NCBI GenBank assembly: GCA_038279365.1
Contig: JAYODI010000024.1
Location: forward strand, 5,146 to 64,076
DNA: 58,931 bases
Source of the DNA: Candidatus Latescibacterota bacterium
GTDB lineage: Bacteria > Latescibacterota > UBA2968
Direction of reading: 5' to 3'
A program made the position numbers and the translations under genes. The notes beneath the pieces were generated by a model. That model had not been told where the DNA came from. It saw nothing but the letters and a program-made list of their open reading frames with translations, and searched no databases. Positions 18,688 through 31,330 of this stretch are shown piece after piece (position 1 is the first letter of the stretch; each line of letters opens with the position of its first letter).

Positions 18688-20156
18688 GCACAGAAATGGC
18701 CATTCTTGTTGCCTTGATATTGCCTTTGATTGGCATGGTTTTGGTGGCTCTTACTGGGCGCAATCCAAATTTGCGCGAAACCATGACCTTGCTTATTGCG
18801 GTTGCTACATTTGGTGTGGTGCTGACCATTGTGCCCGATGTGTTGGCCGGTGGACGTCCAGAAGTGGTGGTTGCGACCATTTTACCTGGCTTGGCTTTGG
18901 CATTTAAAGTGGAACCTTTGGGCATGCTGTTTGCCTTGGTGGCTTCTGGGCTGTGGATTGTGACGTCGGTTTATGCGATTGGTTATATGCGCGGTCACCA
19001 CGAAGAAAATCAAACGCGTTTTTTTGCTTTTTTTGCTTTTGCCATTTCTGCTGCATTGGGCGTGGCTTTTGCCCGCAATATGTTTACGCTTTTTATTATG
19101 TATGAAGTGCTTACCTTTTCAACCTATCCGTTGGTGACCCATCATCGCACCGAAGAGGCCAAGCGTGGTGGGCGTATTTATATGGGTATTTTGGTCAGCA
19201 CATCTGTGAGTTTTTTGCTTTTGGCCATGGTTTGGACGTGGCACTTAACGGGCACATTGGAGTTTACAGCAGGTGGCATTTTGTCGGGTCAAGCAAGTGA
19301 TGGTGTGATGATGGTATTGTTGGCGCTTTATGCTTTTGGTACGGGCAAAGCGGCATTGATGCCTTTTCACAAATGGTTGCCTTCGGCAATGGTTGCACCC
19401 ACACCAGTAAGTGCATTGCTTCATGCTGTGGCCGTTGTTAAAGCCGGTGTGTTTACCGTGATGAAAGTGGTTGTGTATGTATTTGGTATAGATGTGCTTT
19501 CACACACAGGCTTAAGTGATTGGTTGGTTTATGTTGCCAGTGGCACCATCTTGATTGCGTCGTTGGTGGCCATGACCAAAGACAACTTGAAGGCGCGGTT
19601 GGCATATTCAACCATTAGCCAATTGTCTTATATTGTGTTGGGTGCTGCTGTGGCCAACGATTTGGGTGTGTTGGGTGGCAGTTTGCATATTGTGACGCAC
19701 GCATTTGGAAAGATTACTTTGTTTTTCTGTGCGGGTGCCATTATGGTGGCTTTGCATAAAACTGAGATCAGTGATATGAAGGGCATTGGACGGCAAATGC
19801 CGTTTACCATGTTTGCATTTTTGATTGGCACATTGAGTATTATAGGATTGCCACCTTTTGCAGGTGCTTGGAGTAAATGGTATTTGGTCTTAGGTGCTAT
19901 GGATGCCCACCATTATGTGGCAGTGGGTGTGTTGTTGTTGAGTTCATTGTTGAATATTTACTATTTGCTGCCTATTGCAATTAATGCATTTTTTGCATCG
20001 CCGCCCCAAGATGATCATCACCACGATGGGTTGCATGAAGCCCCCATTTTGTGTGTGGTTCCCCTTTTATTTACGGCAACGGGTTGTTTGGTTTTGTTTC
20101 TCTATCCCGATCCGGTTATCAACTTGTTGAAATTGATCGGAGGCATTGGGCCATGA
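18684..20156 (+). CDS. Second MrpD/MrpA-like antiporter subunit
   Basis: KAALMPFHKWLPSAMVAPTPVSALLHA and KARLAYSTISQ. Confidence 0.88.
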   Translation: MSTEMAILVALILPLIGMVLVALTGRNPNLRETMTLLIAVATFGVVLTIVPDVLAGGRPEVVVATILPGLALAFKVEPLGMLFALVASGLWIVTSVYAIGYMRGHHEENQTRFFAFFAFAISAALGVAFARNMFTLFIMYEVLTFSTYPLVTHHRTEEAKRGGRIYMGILVSTSVSFLLLAMVWTWHLTGTLEFTAGGILSGQASDGVMMVLLALYAFGTGKAALMPFHKWLPSAMVAPTPVSALLHAVAVVKAGVFTVMKVVVYVFGIDVLSHTGLSDWLVYVASGTILIASLVAMTKDNLKARLAYSTISQLSYIVLGAAVANDLGVLGGSLHIVTHAFGKITLFFCAGAIMVALHKTEISDMKGIGRQMPFTMFAFLIGTLSIIGLPPFAGAWSKWYLVLGAMDAHHYVAVGVLLLSSLLNIYYLLPIAINAFFASPPQDDHHHDGLHEAPILCVVPLLFTATGCLVLFLYPDPVINLLKLIGGIGP

Positions 20157-20446
20157 ACAACGCTCATGACAAACATGAAGTGATAAACGATGAACGTAAG
20201 CATATGTTTGATAATCCGAAAAATGTACAACGATTGATTCGCGGTTTTTTTGTGTGCTGTGTGCTCTTGCTTATTGCCGATTTGCTTTTTCATCGTCATC
20301 TCAGTTTTGCTGAAGGCGTGATGCCCATTGAAGGCTGGTTTGGTTTTTATGCTTTTTATGGTTTTGTAGCTTGTGTGTTGTTGGTGTTGGCGGCCACACA
20401 GATGCGTAAAGTCTTGATGCGGTCGGAGGATTATTACGATGGGTAA
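20153..20446 (+). CDS. Small 2-TM protein inside the mrp operon
   Basis: ATGA overlap with the upstream gene and overlap with the downstream gene. GFYAFYGFVAC...MRSEDYYD. Confidence 0.75.
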   Translation: MNNAHDKHEVINDERKHMFDNPKNVQRLIRGFFVCCVLLLIADLLFHRHLSFAEGVMPIEGWFGFYAFYGFVACVLLVLAATQMRKVLMRSEDYYDG

Positions 20447-22124
20447 TATCCATCCAGCAATTATTTTGTTGGCAGGAAGCGTTTTGTTGGCACTATTGCC
20501 CTCAAAACCACGTCGTGTGGTGGCATTGTTGCTTCCCATTTTAAGCTTTGTCAATTTGTTGGCCATACCCGAAGGCACAATGTGGCAGGTGTCGTGGGGT
20601 GGTTTTGAGTTGACGGTGTTGCGCATCGACCGTTTAAGCTTGCTGTTTGGTTATTTGTTTCACTTGGCTGCATTTATTGCCACCATTTATTCATTACACC
20701 TTGAAGATCGCCTGCAAATTACCACCGGCTTGATGTATGCGGGTTCTGCCATTGGTGCTGTGTTTGCTGGTGATTTGGTGACGCTGTTTATTTTTTGGGA
20801 ATTGTTGGCTGTTACGTCTGTGTTTCAGGTTTGGGCAAGGGGTGGGCAGCGGGCCTTGGATTCGGGCACGCGGTATTTGTTGATGCATATTTCTTCTGGG
20901 CTGTTGTTGTTGGCAGGAACGGCCCTTCATTACTTGCATACCGGTTCTTTGGCATTTGATCACATAGGTCTGGGTTCTTCTTATGCCTGGCTCATTCTTT
21001 TGGCCATAGGCATTAAGTGTGCCTTCCCATTATTTCACACGTGGTTGGTTGATGCCTATCCTGAGGCCACGCCAACAGGTACTGTATTTTTAAGTGCGTT
21101 TACCACCAAAGCGGCCATTTATGCGCTTGCTCGTGGTTTTGCTGGGGAAGAGGTGTTGATTCTTATTGGCGGTGTGATGACGATGTTCCCCATTTTCTTT
21201 GCCGTTATCGAAAATGATCTGCGACGTGTGTTGGGGTATAGCATGATCAATCAAATTGGATTTATGGTTGTTGGGATAGGATTGGGCCCTGGCATGGGTG
21301 TGAATGGTGCTGTGGCCCATGCGTTTAATGATGTGATCTTTAAAGGATTGCTGTTTATGTCGATGGGTGCTGTATTGTATCGCACGGGGAAAATGAATGG
21401 GTCTGAGTTGGGTGGGTTATACAAGTCGATGCCATGGACATGTATGTGTTGTATTATAGGTGCATCGTCGATTTCGGCCTTTCCTTTGTTTAGCGGATTT
21501 GTGAGTAAATCGATGGTGATGCAAGCGGCATCTAATGGTGGCTATATTGTGATTTGGCTGGCATTGCTTTTTGCTTCTGCAGGTGTGTTCCACCACGCGG
21601 GTATTAAAATTCCATTTTTTGCTTTTTACGCCCACGATTCGGGCATTCGATGCAAAGAAGCACCTTTGAATATGCGTGTTGCCATGACCATAGCGGCTGT
21701 GTTGTGTGTGTTTATTGGTTCTTATCCCGCATTTCTTTATGATTTGTTGCCTTATCCTGTCGAATACGAACCGTATACCACGACGCATGTGGTCTTGCAG
21801 TTACAGGTGTTGTTCTTTTCGGCCTTGGCATTTACTGTGTTGAAGCTCACGAATATTTACCCGCCCGAGTTGGCATCAACCAATTTGGATGTCGATTGGG
21901 TGTCACGTCGTTTGTTCCCCAATGTTGTGCGTGGTTTTGTGCGGATCGGTGGGCCAATCAAAGACGGTTTTTTTGAAGGTGGCAAAGCACTGGTTCGCTC
22001 TTGTATTGGTTTGGTTCAATCACAGCACGACACACAAGGTGTTTGGGGTCGTACTTGGCTCACGCAAAACAGCGTGACGATTGTTGTTGTGTTCTTGGCT
22101 GTCTATTTGTTGTTTTATTATTAA
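20439..22124 (+). CDS. Third antiporter-like subunit (MrpA/NuoL-like with C-terminal extension)
   Basis: FIFWE, HTWLVDAYPEAT, RRVLGYS and FKGLLFM. Confidence 0.88.
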   Translation: MGNIHPAIILLAGSVLLALLPSKPRRVVALLLPILSFVNLLAIPEGTMWQVSWGGFELTVLRIDRLSLLFGYLFHLAAFIATIYSLHLEDRLQITTGLMYAGSAIGAVFAGDLVTLFIFWELLAVTSVFQVWARGGQRALDSGTRYLLMHISSGLLLLAGTALHYLHTGSLAFDHIGLGSSYAWLILLAIGIKCAFPLFHTWLVDAYPEATPTGTVFLSAFTTKAAIYALARGFAGEEVLILIGGVMTMFPIFFAVIENDLRRVLGYSMINQIGFMVVGIGLGPGMGVNGAVAHAFNDVIFKGLLFMSMGAVLYRTGKMNGSELGGLYKSMPWTCMCCIIGASSISAFPLFSGFVSKSMVMQAASNGGYIVIWLALLFASAGVFHHAGIKIPFFAFYAHDSGIRCKEAPLNMRVAMTIAAVLCVFIGSYPAFLYDLLPYPVEYEPYTTTHVVLQLQVLFFSALAFTVLKLTNIYPPELASTNLDVDWVSRRLFPNVVRGFVRIGGPIKDGFFEGGKALVRSCIGLVQSQHDTQGVWGRTWLTQNSVTIVVVFLAVYLLFYY

Positions 22125-22146
22125 AAAATACAAGTATCGATACAGG

Positions 22147-22173
22147 AAAAGGCTGCCATTGGTGGCCTTTTTT
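22147..22173 (+). terminator. Intrinsic terminator after mrp
   Basis: aaaaggctgcc-att-ggtggcctttttt. Confidence 0.65.
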
Positions 22174-22225
22174 AATTTAGGGTGTGAAACAAGTTGTCTG
22201 ATTACCTTTCTAACCAAGAAATGGC

Positions 22226-22474
22226 ATGAATAAGCGCAAATCATCGGGAATAGGTGAAGCTTATCGGGTTGCTGGCCCATATTTAACTTTGGGCATCCAA
22301 TTTGCGGCAACACTTCTTATTTGTGTATTTATTGGCAAGTGGGTAGATGGGCGCTATGATACGGCTCCAGCCTTTACGCTGGTGGGGGGGCTTTTGGGGA
22401 TTGCATCGGGTTTTTATCATTTCCTAAAAACGGTCTTGGGGTGGCAGAATAAGCCGGAGGACAAAGAATCGTGA
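22226..22474 (+). CDS. AtpZ/AtpI-family protein
   Basis: Two TM helices and G.W.D..Y.T.P motif, first gene of the atp operon. Confidence 0.8.
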   Translation: MNKRKSSGIGEAYRVAGPYLTLGIQFAATLLICVFIGKWVDGRYDTAPAFTLVGGLLGIASGFYHFLKTVLGWQNKPEDKES

Positions 22475-22875
22475 CGGGGTATGTTGGTTTTGTGAAGCAG
22501 TTGGTTATTGGCACGCTGATTTTTTGGATTTTGGTCGGTTATCCATTGTATGTTTGGGGCGATCAAGAATTGCTCATTGCTTCTGTGGTCAGTTGTCTCA
22601 TTTGTGCTGTAAATGCGCTTGTTGGAGGGGGAATCGCTTGGTGGGCAAGGGGCAAAGATCAGAGGACTTTTTTGAAGGCCGTGTTTGGGGGGATGGGGAT
22701 TCGGGTATTTATTGTAATTGTTTTGTTTTTTAGTGTCGTAAAATTAGCAAAACTTCACGTTTTTAGCTTGACACTGTCGCTGTTTTTGTTTTACATATTG
22801 TTCCAATTTTTAGAGATTCGATTTTTTGCCACACAGTCGTCTGGTGACTCTGTCGAAACCACGGAGCATAAGTAA
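22471..22875 (+). CDS. ATP synthase I-like membrane protein
   Basis: 4-TM protein with GGMGIR, immediately before atpB. Confidence 0.75.
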   Translation: MTGYVGFVKQLVIGTLIFWILVGYPLYVWGDQELLIASVVSCLICAVNALVGGGIAWWARGKDQRTFLKAVFGGMGIRVFIVIVLFFSVVKLAKLHVFSLTLSLFLFYILFQFLEIRFFATQSSGDSVETTEHK

Positions 22876-23681
22876 TGGCCGTTGCAACAGAAGGGCATGA
22901 TGAGGGTGGTAGTGTTGATATCTTGGGCCACATTCTCGATAGTAACGAGCTTCATCTGGGTCCCCTTCATATACATCTTCCACATTTAGAGTTTTGGGGC
23001 ATTGACATGTCTATCACGGTGCATTTGGTGATGATGTGGATTGCTTCTTTGTTTTTGTTGGTGACTTTGGTTTCGTCTACAAAACGGCGAGGTTTGGTTC
23101 CCTCAGGTTTTGCCAATGCTATTGAGGCCATCGTAATTTTTATTCGCGATGACATTGTTGTGCCCAATATGGGTAAAAAGGACGCAAATCGATTTTTGCC
23201 ATTTTTATTGACCGCGTTTTTGTTTATTCTGGCTTGTAATCTTTTGGGTTTAATTCCTTTTGGGGCTACCGCCACTGCAAATATCAATGTGACTGCAACA
23301 CTGGCAGTTTGTTCATTTTTTGCAATGGTTGCCGGGGGCATTCGCAACAACGGTTTCATCGGATATTTTGTTGGTTTAATTCCTCATGGTTTGCCCCTTT
23401 GGTTGATGCCCATTATGATTCCGCTTGAGTTTTTGGGTTTGTTCACCAAGCCATTTGCACTTGCCGTGCGTTTGTTTGCCAATATGACCGCTGGGCATGT
23501 GGTGATTATTTCTCTGTTGAGTTTGATTTTTGTGCTTAAGTCTGTTTGGATTGCGCCAGCATCGGTTTTGTTTGCGTTGGCCATTTATTTATTGGAAATT
23601 TTCGTTGCCTTTGTTCAGGCATATGTATTCACGCTCTTGTCGGCTGTGTTTATCGGTATGGCCATTCATCAAGAGCATTAA
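22875..23681 (+). CDS. atpB: ATP synthase Fo subunit a
   Basis: KPFALAVRLFANMTAGH and VQAYVFTLL. Confidence 0.97.
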   Translation: MAVATEGHDEGGSVDILGHILDSNELHLGPLHIHLPHLEFWGIDMSITVHLVMMWIASLFLLVTLVSSTKRRGLVPSGFANAIEAIVIFIRDDIVVPNMGKKDANRFLPFLLTAFLFILACNLLGLIPFGATATANINVTATLAVCSFFAMVAGGIRNNGFIGYFVGLIPHGLPLWLMPIMIPLEFLGLFTKPFALAVRLFANMTAGHVVIISLLSLIFVLKSVWIAPASVLFALAIYLLEIFVAFVQAYVFTLLSAVFIGMAIHQEH

Positions 23682-23707
23682 TTATTACGTTATCAAGGAG
23701 GCGTGTT

Positions 23708-23944
23708 GTGGAAGGTCTTGCCGCTGAAGCTTATGGTTACCTGTCTGCCGGGATCGGCGCGGGGCTCGTCGCATTGGGCGCTGGCTTAGGTATTGGACGT
23801 ATTGGCCAGGGTGCTGTGGACGGAACGGCACGGCAGCCCGAGGCGACTGGCGATATTCGAACGACAATGATTATCTCAGCAGCGTTGATTGAAGGTGTTG
23901 CGCTGTTTGGTATGGTTATTTGCGTGTTGCTGGTCTTTAAATAA
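23708..23944 (+). CDS. atpE: ATP synthase Fo subunit c
   Basis: GTG start after SD aaggagg. GAGLGIG, ARQPE and LIEGVALF. Confidence 0.95.
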   Translation: MEGLAAEAYGYLSAGIGAGLVALGAGLGIGRIGQGAVDGTARQPEATGDIRTTMIISAALIEGVALFGMVICVLLVFK

Positions 23945-23977
23945 GCTTGTTGAAAAAACAACGCGAAAGGGCGCGTG

Positions 23978-24475
23978 ATGCTACTCGATCCCAATATCGG
24001 ATTGATTATTTGGACATTGGTCACATTTGTGATCTTGTTGTTTGTGTTGGGTAAGTTTGTCTGGGGACCGCTTACGTCGATGTTAGATGAACGCGAAACC
24101 AGCATTCGAGAAGCCTTGGAGCTTGCAGATAAAGCTCGGGCAGAAGCCCAAACCGCAGCAGAAGAAAATAAAAAAGCGTTGGCTGGGGCACAGGCAGAAG
24201 CACAGGCTGCAATTAACAAAGCCCGTGAAGATGCTGAGCGTGTTGCGCGTGAAGTGCATGCACGTGCCGAAGCCGAAGCACAACAGTTGTTGGAACAAGC
24301 CCGTCAAACCATTCAGCAAGAGCGCAATCAGGCTCTCCAAGCTTTGCGTCAGCAAACGGCTGAATTGGTTGTTTTGGCTGCGGGCCAACTCATAGAAGAA
24401 AATTTAGATTCTGATAAAAACCGCAAAATCGTCGATGACTTTATTGCGCGCATACCAAGTGCGCAACAAAATTAA
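23978..24475 (+). CDS. atpF: ATP synthase Fo subunit b
   Basis: N-terminal TM helix, WGPL..MLDERE, then coiled coil. Confidence 0.93.
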   Translation: MLLDPNIGLIIWTLVTFVILLFVLGKFVWGPLTSMLDERETSIREALELADKARAEAQTAAEENKKALAGAQAEAQAAINKAREDAERVAREVHARAEAEAQQLLEQARQTIQQERNQALQALRQQTAELVVLAAGQLIEENLDSDKNRKIVDDFIARIPSAQQN

Positions 24476-24484
24476 AGGTTATCT

Positions 24485-25027
24485 GTGAGCCAATCTACCG
24501 TTTCTGTTCGTTATATCGAAGCACTTATTGATGCTGCGCAAGAGCGCCAAGTTTTAGACCGTGTTGCAGATGATGTGCAAGCACTGTTGGGGCTTTTTCG
24601 CGAATCTCAAGAGCTTGCGACATTTGTTGCAGATCCTATGATGCGTTCGGAGCGGAAGCGAACGGTTTTAAACAGTTTGCTTTCGGGCAAGATTCAAGAG
24701 GTTACACTGAATTTTGTCTTGTTGCTTTGCGACAAACACCGCGAACATGTGATAGAAGAGTTGTTGGCCGATTTTTTATCTGTTTTAGAAGAGCGTCGTG
24801 GTATTCTGACGGCTTATGTTCAGGTTGCCAGTGCGCTTTCTTCTGAACAAGAGAAACAGTTGGCCGATAAGCTTTCGGTTTATTCTGGCAAGCAGGTGCG
24901 TTTGGAAACGACAGTTGATGCAGGTTTGAAAGCTGGGTTTATTGCTCGGTTGGGTGATCAAGTATTTGACGGTACGCTGGCGACACAGCTTAATCGGTTG
25001 CGACAACAGTTGGTTGCTGGCGTCTGA
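24485..25027 (+). CDS. atpH: ATP synthase F1 delta
   Basis: RYIEAL and GFIARLGDQVFDGTL. Confidence 0.92.
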   Translation: MSQSTVSVRYIEALIDAAQERQVLDRVADDVQALLGLFRESQELATFVADPMMRSERKRTVLNSLLSGKIQEVTLNFVLLLCDKHREHVIEELLADFLSVLEERRGILTAYVQVASALSSEQEKQLADKLSVYSGKQVRLETTVDAGLKAGFIARLGDQVFDGTLATQLNRLRQQLVAGV

Positions 25028-25039
25028 AAATTGAGATAA

Positions 25040-26578
<1,539 letters not shown>

Positions 26579-26628
26579 TAATGGATGAGTTGCCTGTTGG
26601 TATTTGCAGGTGGCTTTGAGGAACTGAT

Positions 26629-27471
26629 TTGGCAAATCTAAGACAGCTCAGAACACGCGTTGCAAGCATTAAAAATATTCAACGTGTCACAAACGCCATG
26701 CAATTGGTGGCGGCGGCTCGTATGAGGCGCGCACAGGAAGCCATTACGGCTGCACGACCTTATGCACAGCAATTGGATCGCGTGCTCCAAAGGTTAAGTG
26801 GTAGTGTAGATCCTTCTACTCACCCGCTTTTTGCAGAACGCGGTGGTGATCGCACCACATATGTGGTGGTCACTTCAGATCGCGGTTTGTGTGGTGGGTT
26901 TAATACCAATGTCTGTCGCAAGGGGTTTGGTAGCCTCAAGCCCAACGACAGTGTGGTTGCTGTGGGGCGCAAGTCTCGAAACTTTTTTAACAATCGCAAT
27001 GTGACCGTGGCAAATGTATATGTCGATGTGTTTCGGGAGATGTCGTTTGCACAGGCTGTTACGATTGCCGATGATGTTAAAAATCAGTTTTTGTCTGGTG
27101 CTGTAGATCGTGTGTTTTTGGTTTATAATGAATTTGTTTCGGTCGCAACCCAACAGCCAGTGGTTGAACAATTGTTGCCTATTATACCTAAGGCGGTTGA
27201 AGGGGGGGGCGGTGAAGAGTATTTGTTTGAACCCTCACCGGAAATATTGTTAGATACACTGGTGCCACGTCATGTCAATTTTCAAGTGTGGCGTGCGTTA
27301 TTGGAATCTAATGCAGGTGAACAAGCTTCGCGTATGCGGGCAATGGACAATGCAACGAAAAATGCTGGTGAATTAATTGAAGACTTAACCCGTGAGATGA
27401 ACAAAGAACGTCAGGCTTCAATCACTTTGGAACTGATGGACATCATCGGCGGCGCCGAGGCCGTTGCTTAG
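26629..27471 (+). CDS. atpG: ATP synthase F1 gamma (TTG start)
   Basis: TNAMQLVAAAR, SDRGLCGGFN and RQASITLEL. Confidence 0.96.
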   Translation: MANLRQLRTRVASIKNIQRVTNAMQLVAAARMRRAQEAITAARPYAQQLDRVLQRLSGSVDPSTHPLFAERGGDRTTYVVVTSDRGLCGGFNTNVCRKGFGSLKPNDSVVAVGRKSRNFFNNRNVTVANVYVDVFREMSFAQAVTIADDVKNQFLSGAVDRVFLVYNEFVSVATQQPVVEQLLPIIPKAVEGGGGEEYLFEPSPEILLDTLVPRHVNFQVWRALLESNAGEQASRMRAMDNATKNAGELIEDLTREMNKERQASITLELMDIIGGAEAVA

Positions 27472-27480
27472 ACGCTTTGA

Positions 27481-28887
<1,407 letters not shown>

Positions 28888-28960
28888 GTTGGTAAGACAA
28901 CAGTTTTTTAAAAATATCATTGCATCGAACCATTAAAGTATCCATGTTAAAGGGCTTGAG

Positions 28961-29362
28961 ATGGCAACGTTTCAACTTGATATTGTAACACCTGAAAAAA
29001 CGATTTATTCTGGTGATGTTGAGCAGGTTCAAGCACCTGGTGTTGATGGTGGTTTTGGTGTATTGTCGCGACACCAACCCCTGTTGTCGGCGTTGGCCAT
29101 TGGACAAGTGGCTTTTACGCAAGCCGATGGTGTCGTGCATAAGTTGGCCATTGGTGGTGGTTTTGCCAATGTGTCGCGTGATGGTATGACTGTTTTGGCC
29201 GAAACGGCAGAGATGGCCGAAGAAATTGATATCGAACGTGCTCGAGCCGCACGTGATCGGGCACGCAATCGGTTATCGGGGCGTGGTGATATTGACTTTG
29301 ATCGGGCGCAAGCCGCATTGTCGCGCGCCATTTGGCGTTTACGTGTTTGCGGGGCCGATTGA
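28961..29362 (+). CDS. atpC: ATP synthase F1 epsilon
   Basis: LDIVTPE, GVLSRHQP and IDIERA. Confidence 0.95.
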   Translation: MATFQLDIVTPEKTIYSGDVEQVQAPGVDGGFGVLSRHQPLLSALAIGQVAFTQADGVVHKLAIGGGFANVSRDGMTVLAETAEMAEEIDIERARAARDRARNRLSGRGDIDFDRAQAALSRAIWRLRVCGAD

Positions 29363-29396
29363 TAAAAAAAGTGGTTAGTAAATACCCTTCATAAAC

Positions 29397-29430
29397 AAAA
29401 AGCGTTCACCTTAAGGTGAACGCTTTTTTT
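29397..29430. terminator. Bidirectional terminator between atpC and nadE
   Basis: aaaaagcgttcacc-ttaa-ggtgaacgcttttttt. Confidence 0.85.
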
Positions 29431-29489
29431 CTTGTTGTTGGTATGTAAATCCAGACGGCTTACATTTTTGATATGTCTTATGCAAGCAA

Positions 29490-31220
29490 TTAATATTCGC
29501 GACACCGATTGGTGATGGGCAAGCGCCGATCTCGGCCAAAAGCACGTGGGGTAATTTTGACACCTGGGGGGGCTTGGCGACGTTTGTATTCGTTGATGTC
29601 TACAGCGCGTATGACGCGTCTGACAAGGTCTTTGTCAAAACCTTTGGCAACAATATCTTGTAGGCTTAAATCATCTTCTACATAAGATTTGAGAATGGGG
29701 TCGAGGATGTCATAAGGTGGAAGGCTGTCGGTGTCTTTTTGATTTTCGCGTAACTCTGCGGTGGGGGCGCGTTCGATGATGGAATGCGGTATCACGTTTG
29801 ATAAGCTGTTGCGATATTCGGACAGGTCATACACCAAGGTCTTGTAGATGTCTTTAATGACGGCAAACCCTCCAGCCATGTCGCCATAGAGCGTGGCATA
29901 TCCCATACTCATTTCGCTTTTATTGCCAGGTGCGAGCACCAATGCGCGAAATTTATTGGCCAAAGCCATGAGAATGGTGCCGCGGATACGGGGTTGTATG
30001 TTTTCCTCAGCGGTGTCGGTGGGCAAGTTTTTAAATTCGTCAGACAGCAGGTTGAGGTATTGGTCAAAGATTTCTTGAATGTTTAAAGATAGAATGCGAA
30101 TATCAAGTTCACCCGCCATTTTGAGCGCGTCATTAAACGTACCTTCAGAGGAATACTGTGTGGGCATGGTCACACAAATGACATTTTCTTTACCTAAAGC
30201 ATCGTGTGCAATGGCGGTCACCAGTGCTGAATCGATGCCTCCTGATAACCCAATGAAAACCTTTTCAAAACCATTTTTGCGCACATAGTCGCGTGTACCC
30301 AGAACCAATGCCTCATAAATATTGGGGAGACGTTTTTCTGGACTGGGAAATTCTGGTTTGGGTGCAGGTGGCAATGCGATCTGGATGGGATGAACATTAG
30401 GCAAATGAATATTTTTTAAGTCGGGTAGTCCGCGCTTTTCTTTGCGCCGCCTCGGGTCGTGAAGTCGATTGCGGAATATCGACTCGACATCAATATCTGC
30501 AATGAGCAGATCTTCTTCAAAACGTGGTGATCTGGCAATGACATGACCTTCTTGATCAATGATAAGGCTTCCACCATCAAAGACCAGTTCGTCTTGCCCA
30601 CCAACGAGGTTGCAAAACGCAAGTACTGCACTGTTGTCGGTGGCACGTGTGGCAATCATTTGCTCTCGAAGGAGCTGTTTGCCATCGTAAAATGGTGACG
30701 ATGAAATATTGACAAGTAATTCTGCATCTCCTGCCAGTGCCTGCTGACGAGCAGGCCCTCCGGGATACCAAATGTCTTCACAAATGGTTACGCCAAAGGT
30801 GACGTCATTGAGGGTATAAACATTTGTAGATGTACCCGATTGGAAGTAGCGATCTTCATCAAATACACCATAGTTTGGCAAATAGGTCTTGTGATAAACA
30901 TCGACCAATTGGCCATTGCACACAATGGCGGCCGCATTAAAGTTATCGTCTTGACGATCGACAAACCCAATAATGGCGGCGATGTTGTCCGTGTATTGGA
31001 CAATGTTGTCCAATACACGGCGATTGGCTTGCAAAAAACTGGGTTTAAAAAGCAGATCTTCGGGTGGGTAACCGGTAATGGCAAGTTCTGGAAAAACGAT
31101 TAAATGTACCCCTTGCTCACGCGCCATTTGAATGTGTGCAATAATTTTGTTTTGGTTGTTTTCCAGATCTCCCACTGTAACATTGATTTGAGAGATGGCT
31201 ATGCGGAGTTGACGGGTCAA
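29490..31220 (-). CDS. nadE: Glutamine-dependent NAD+ synthetase
   Basis: Nitrilase domain (FPEL, ICEDIW) plus GLSGGIDS, GYATLYGD and EYKRRQ. TTG start after SD aggagg. Confidence 0.95.
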   Translation of the reverse strand: MTRQLRIAISQINVTVGDLENNQNKIIAHIQMAREQGVHLIVFPELAITGYPPEDLLFKPSFLQANRRVLDNIVQYTDNIAAIIGFVDRQDDNFNAAAIVCNGQLVDVYHKTYLPNYGVFDEDRYFQSGTSTNVYTLNDVTFGVTICEDIWYPGGPARQQALAGDAELLVNISSSPFYDGKQLLREQMIATRATDNSAVLAFCNLVGGQDELVFDGGSLIIDQEGHVIARSPRFEEDLLIADIDVESIFRNRLHDPRRRKEKRGLPDLKNIHLPNVHPIQIALPPAPKPEFPSPEKRLPNIYEALVLGTRDYVRKNGFEKVFIGLSGGIDSALVTAIAHDALGKENVICVTMPTQYSSEGTFNDALKMAGELDIRILSLNIQEIFDQYLNLLSDEFKNLPTDTAEENIQPRIRGTILMALANKFRALVLAPGNKSEMSMGYATLYGDMAGGFAVIKDIYKTLVYDLSEYRNSLSNVIPHSIIERAPTAELRENQKDTDSLPPYDILDPILKSYVEDDLSLQDIVAKGFDKDLVRRVIRAVDINEYKRRQAPPGVKITPRAFGRDRRLPITNRCREY

Positions 31221-31254
31221 AGAACGCCTCCTAAACTTCAAAATCTATTACAAT

Positions 31255-31289
31255 AAAAGGGCTGGAGGTATGGTTCCTCCAGCCCCCTT
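31255..31289 (-). terminator. Intrinsic terminator after the ppiD-like gene
   Basis: gggctggagg/cctccagccc stem, with a T tract on the minus strand. Confidence 0.65.
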
Positions 31290-31330
31290 ATATTGTTTCA
31301 TTAGGCTGATTTTAGATCTGTGATCATAGG

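Noticed and set aside
14823-22124. Energy-converting hydrogenase (Mbh/Ech) or complex I membrane arm
   Set aside because: No NuoH-like, NiFe or Fe-S subunits are present, and the cluster ends at a terminator.
23708-23944. Na+-coupled ATP synthase or N-ATPase
   Set aside because: The GQG is offset from the Na+-ligand Gln position, there is no ES/T motif, and gene order is the standard atpIBEFHAGDC.
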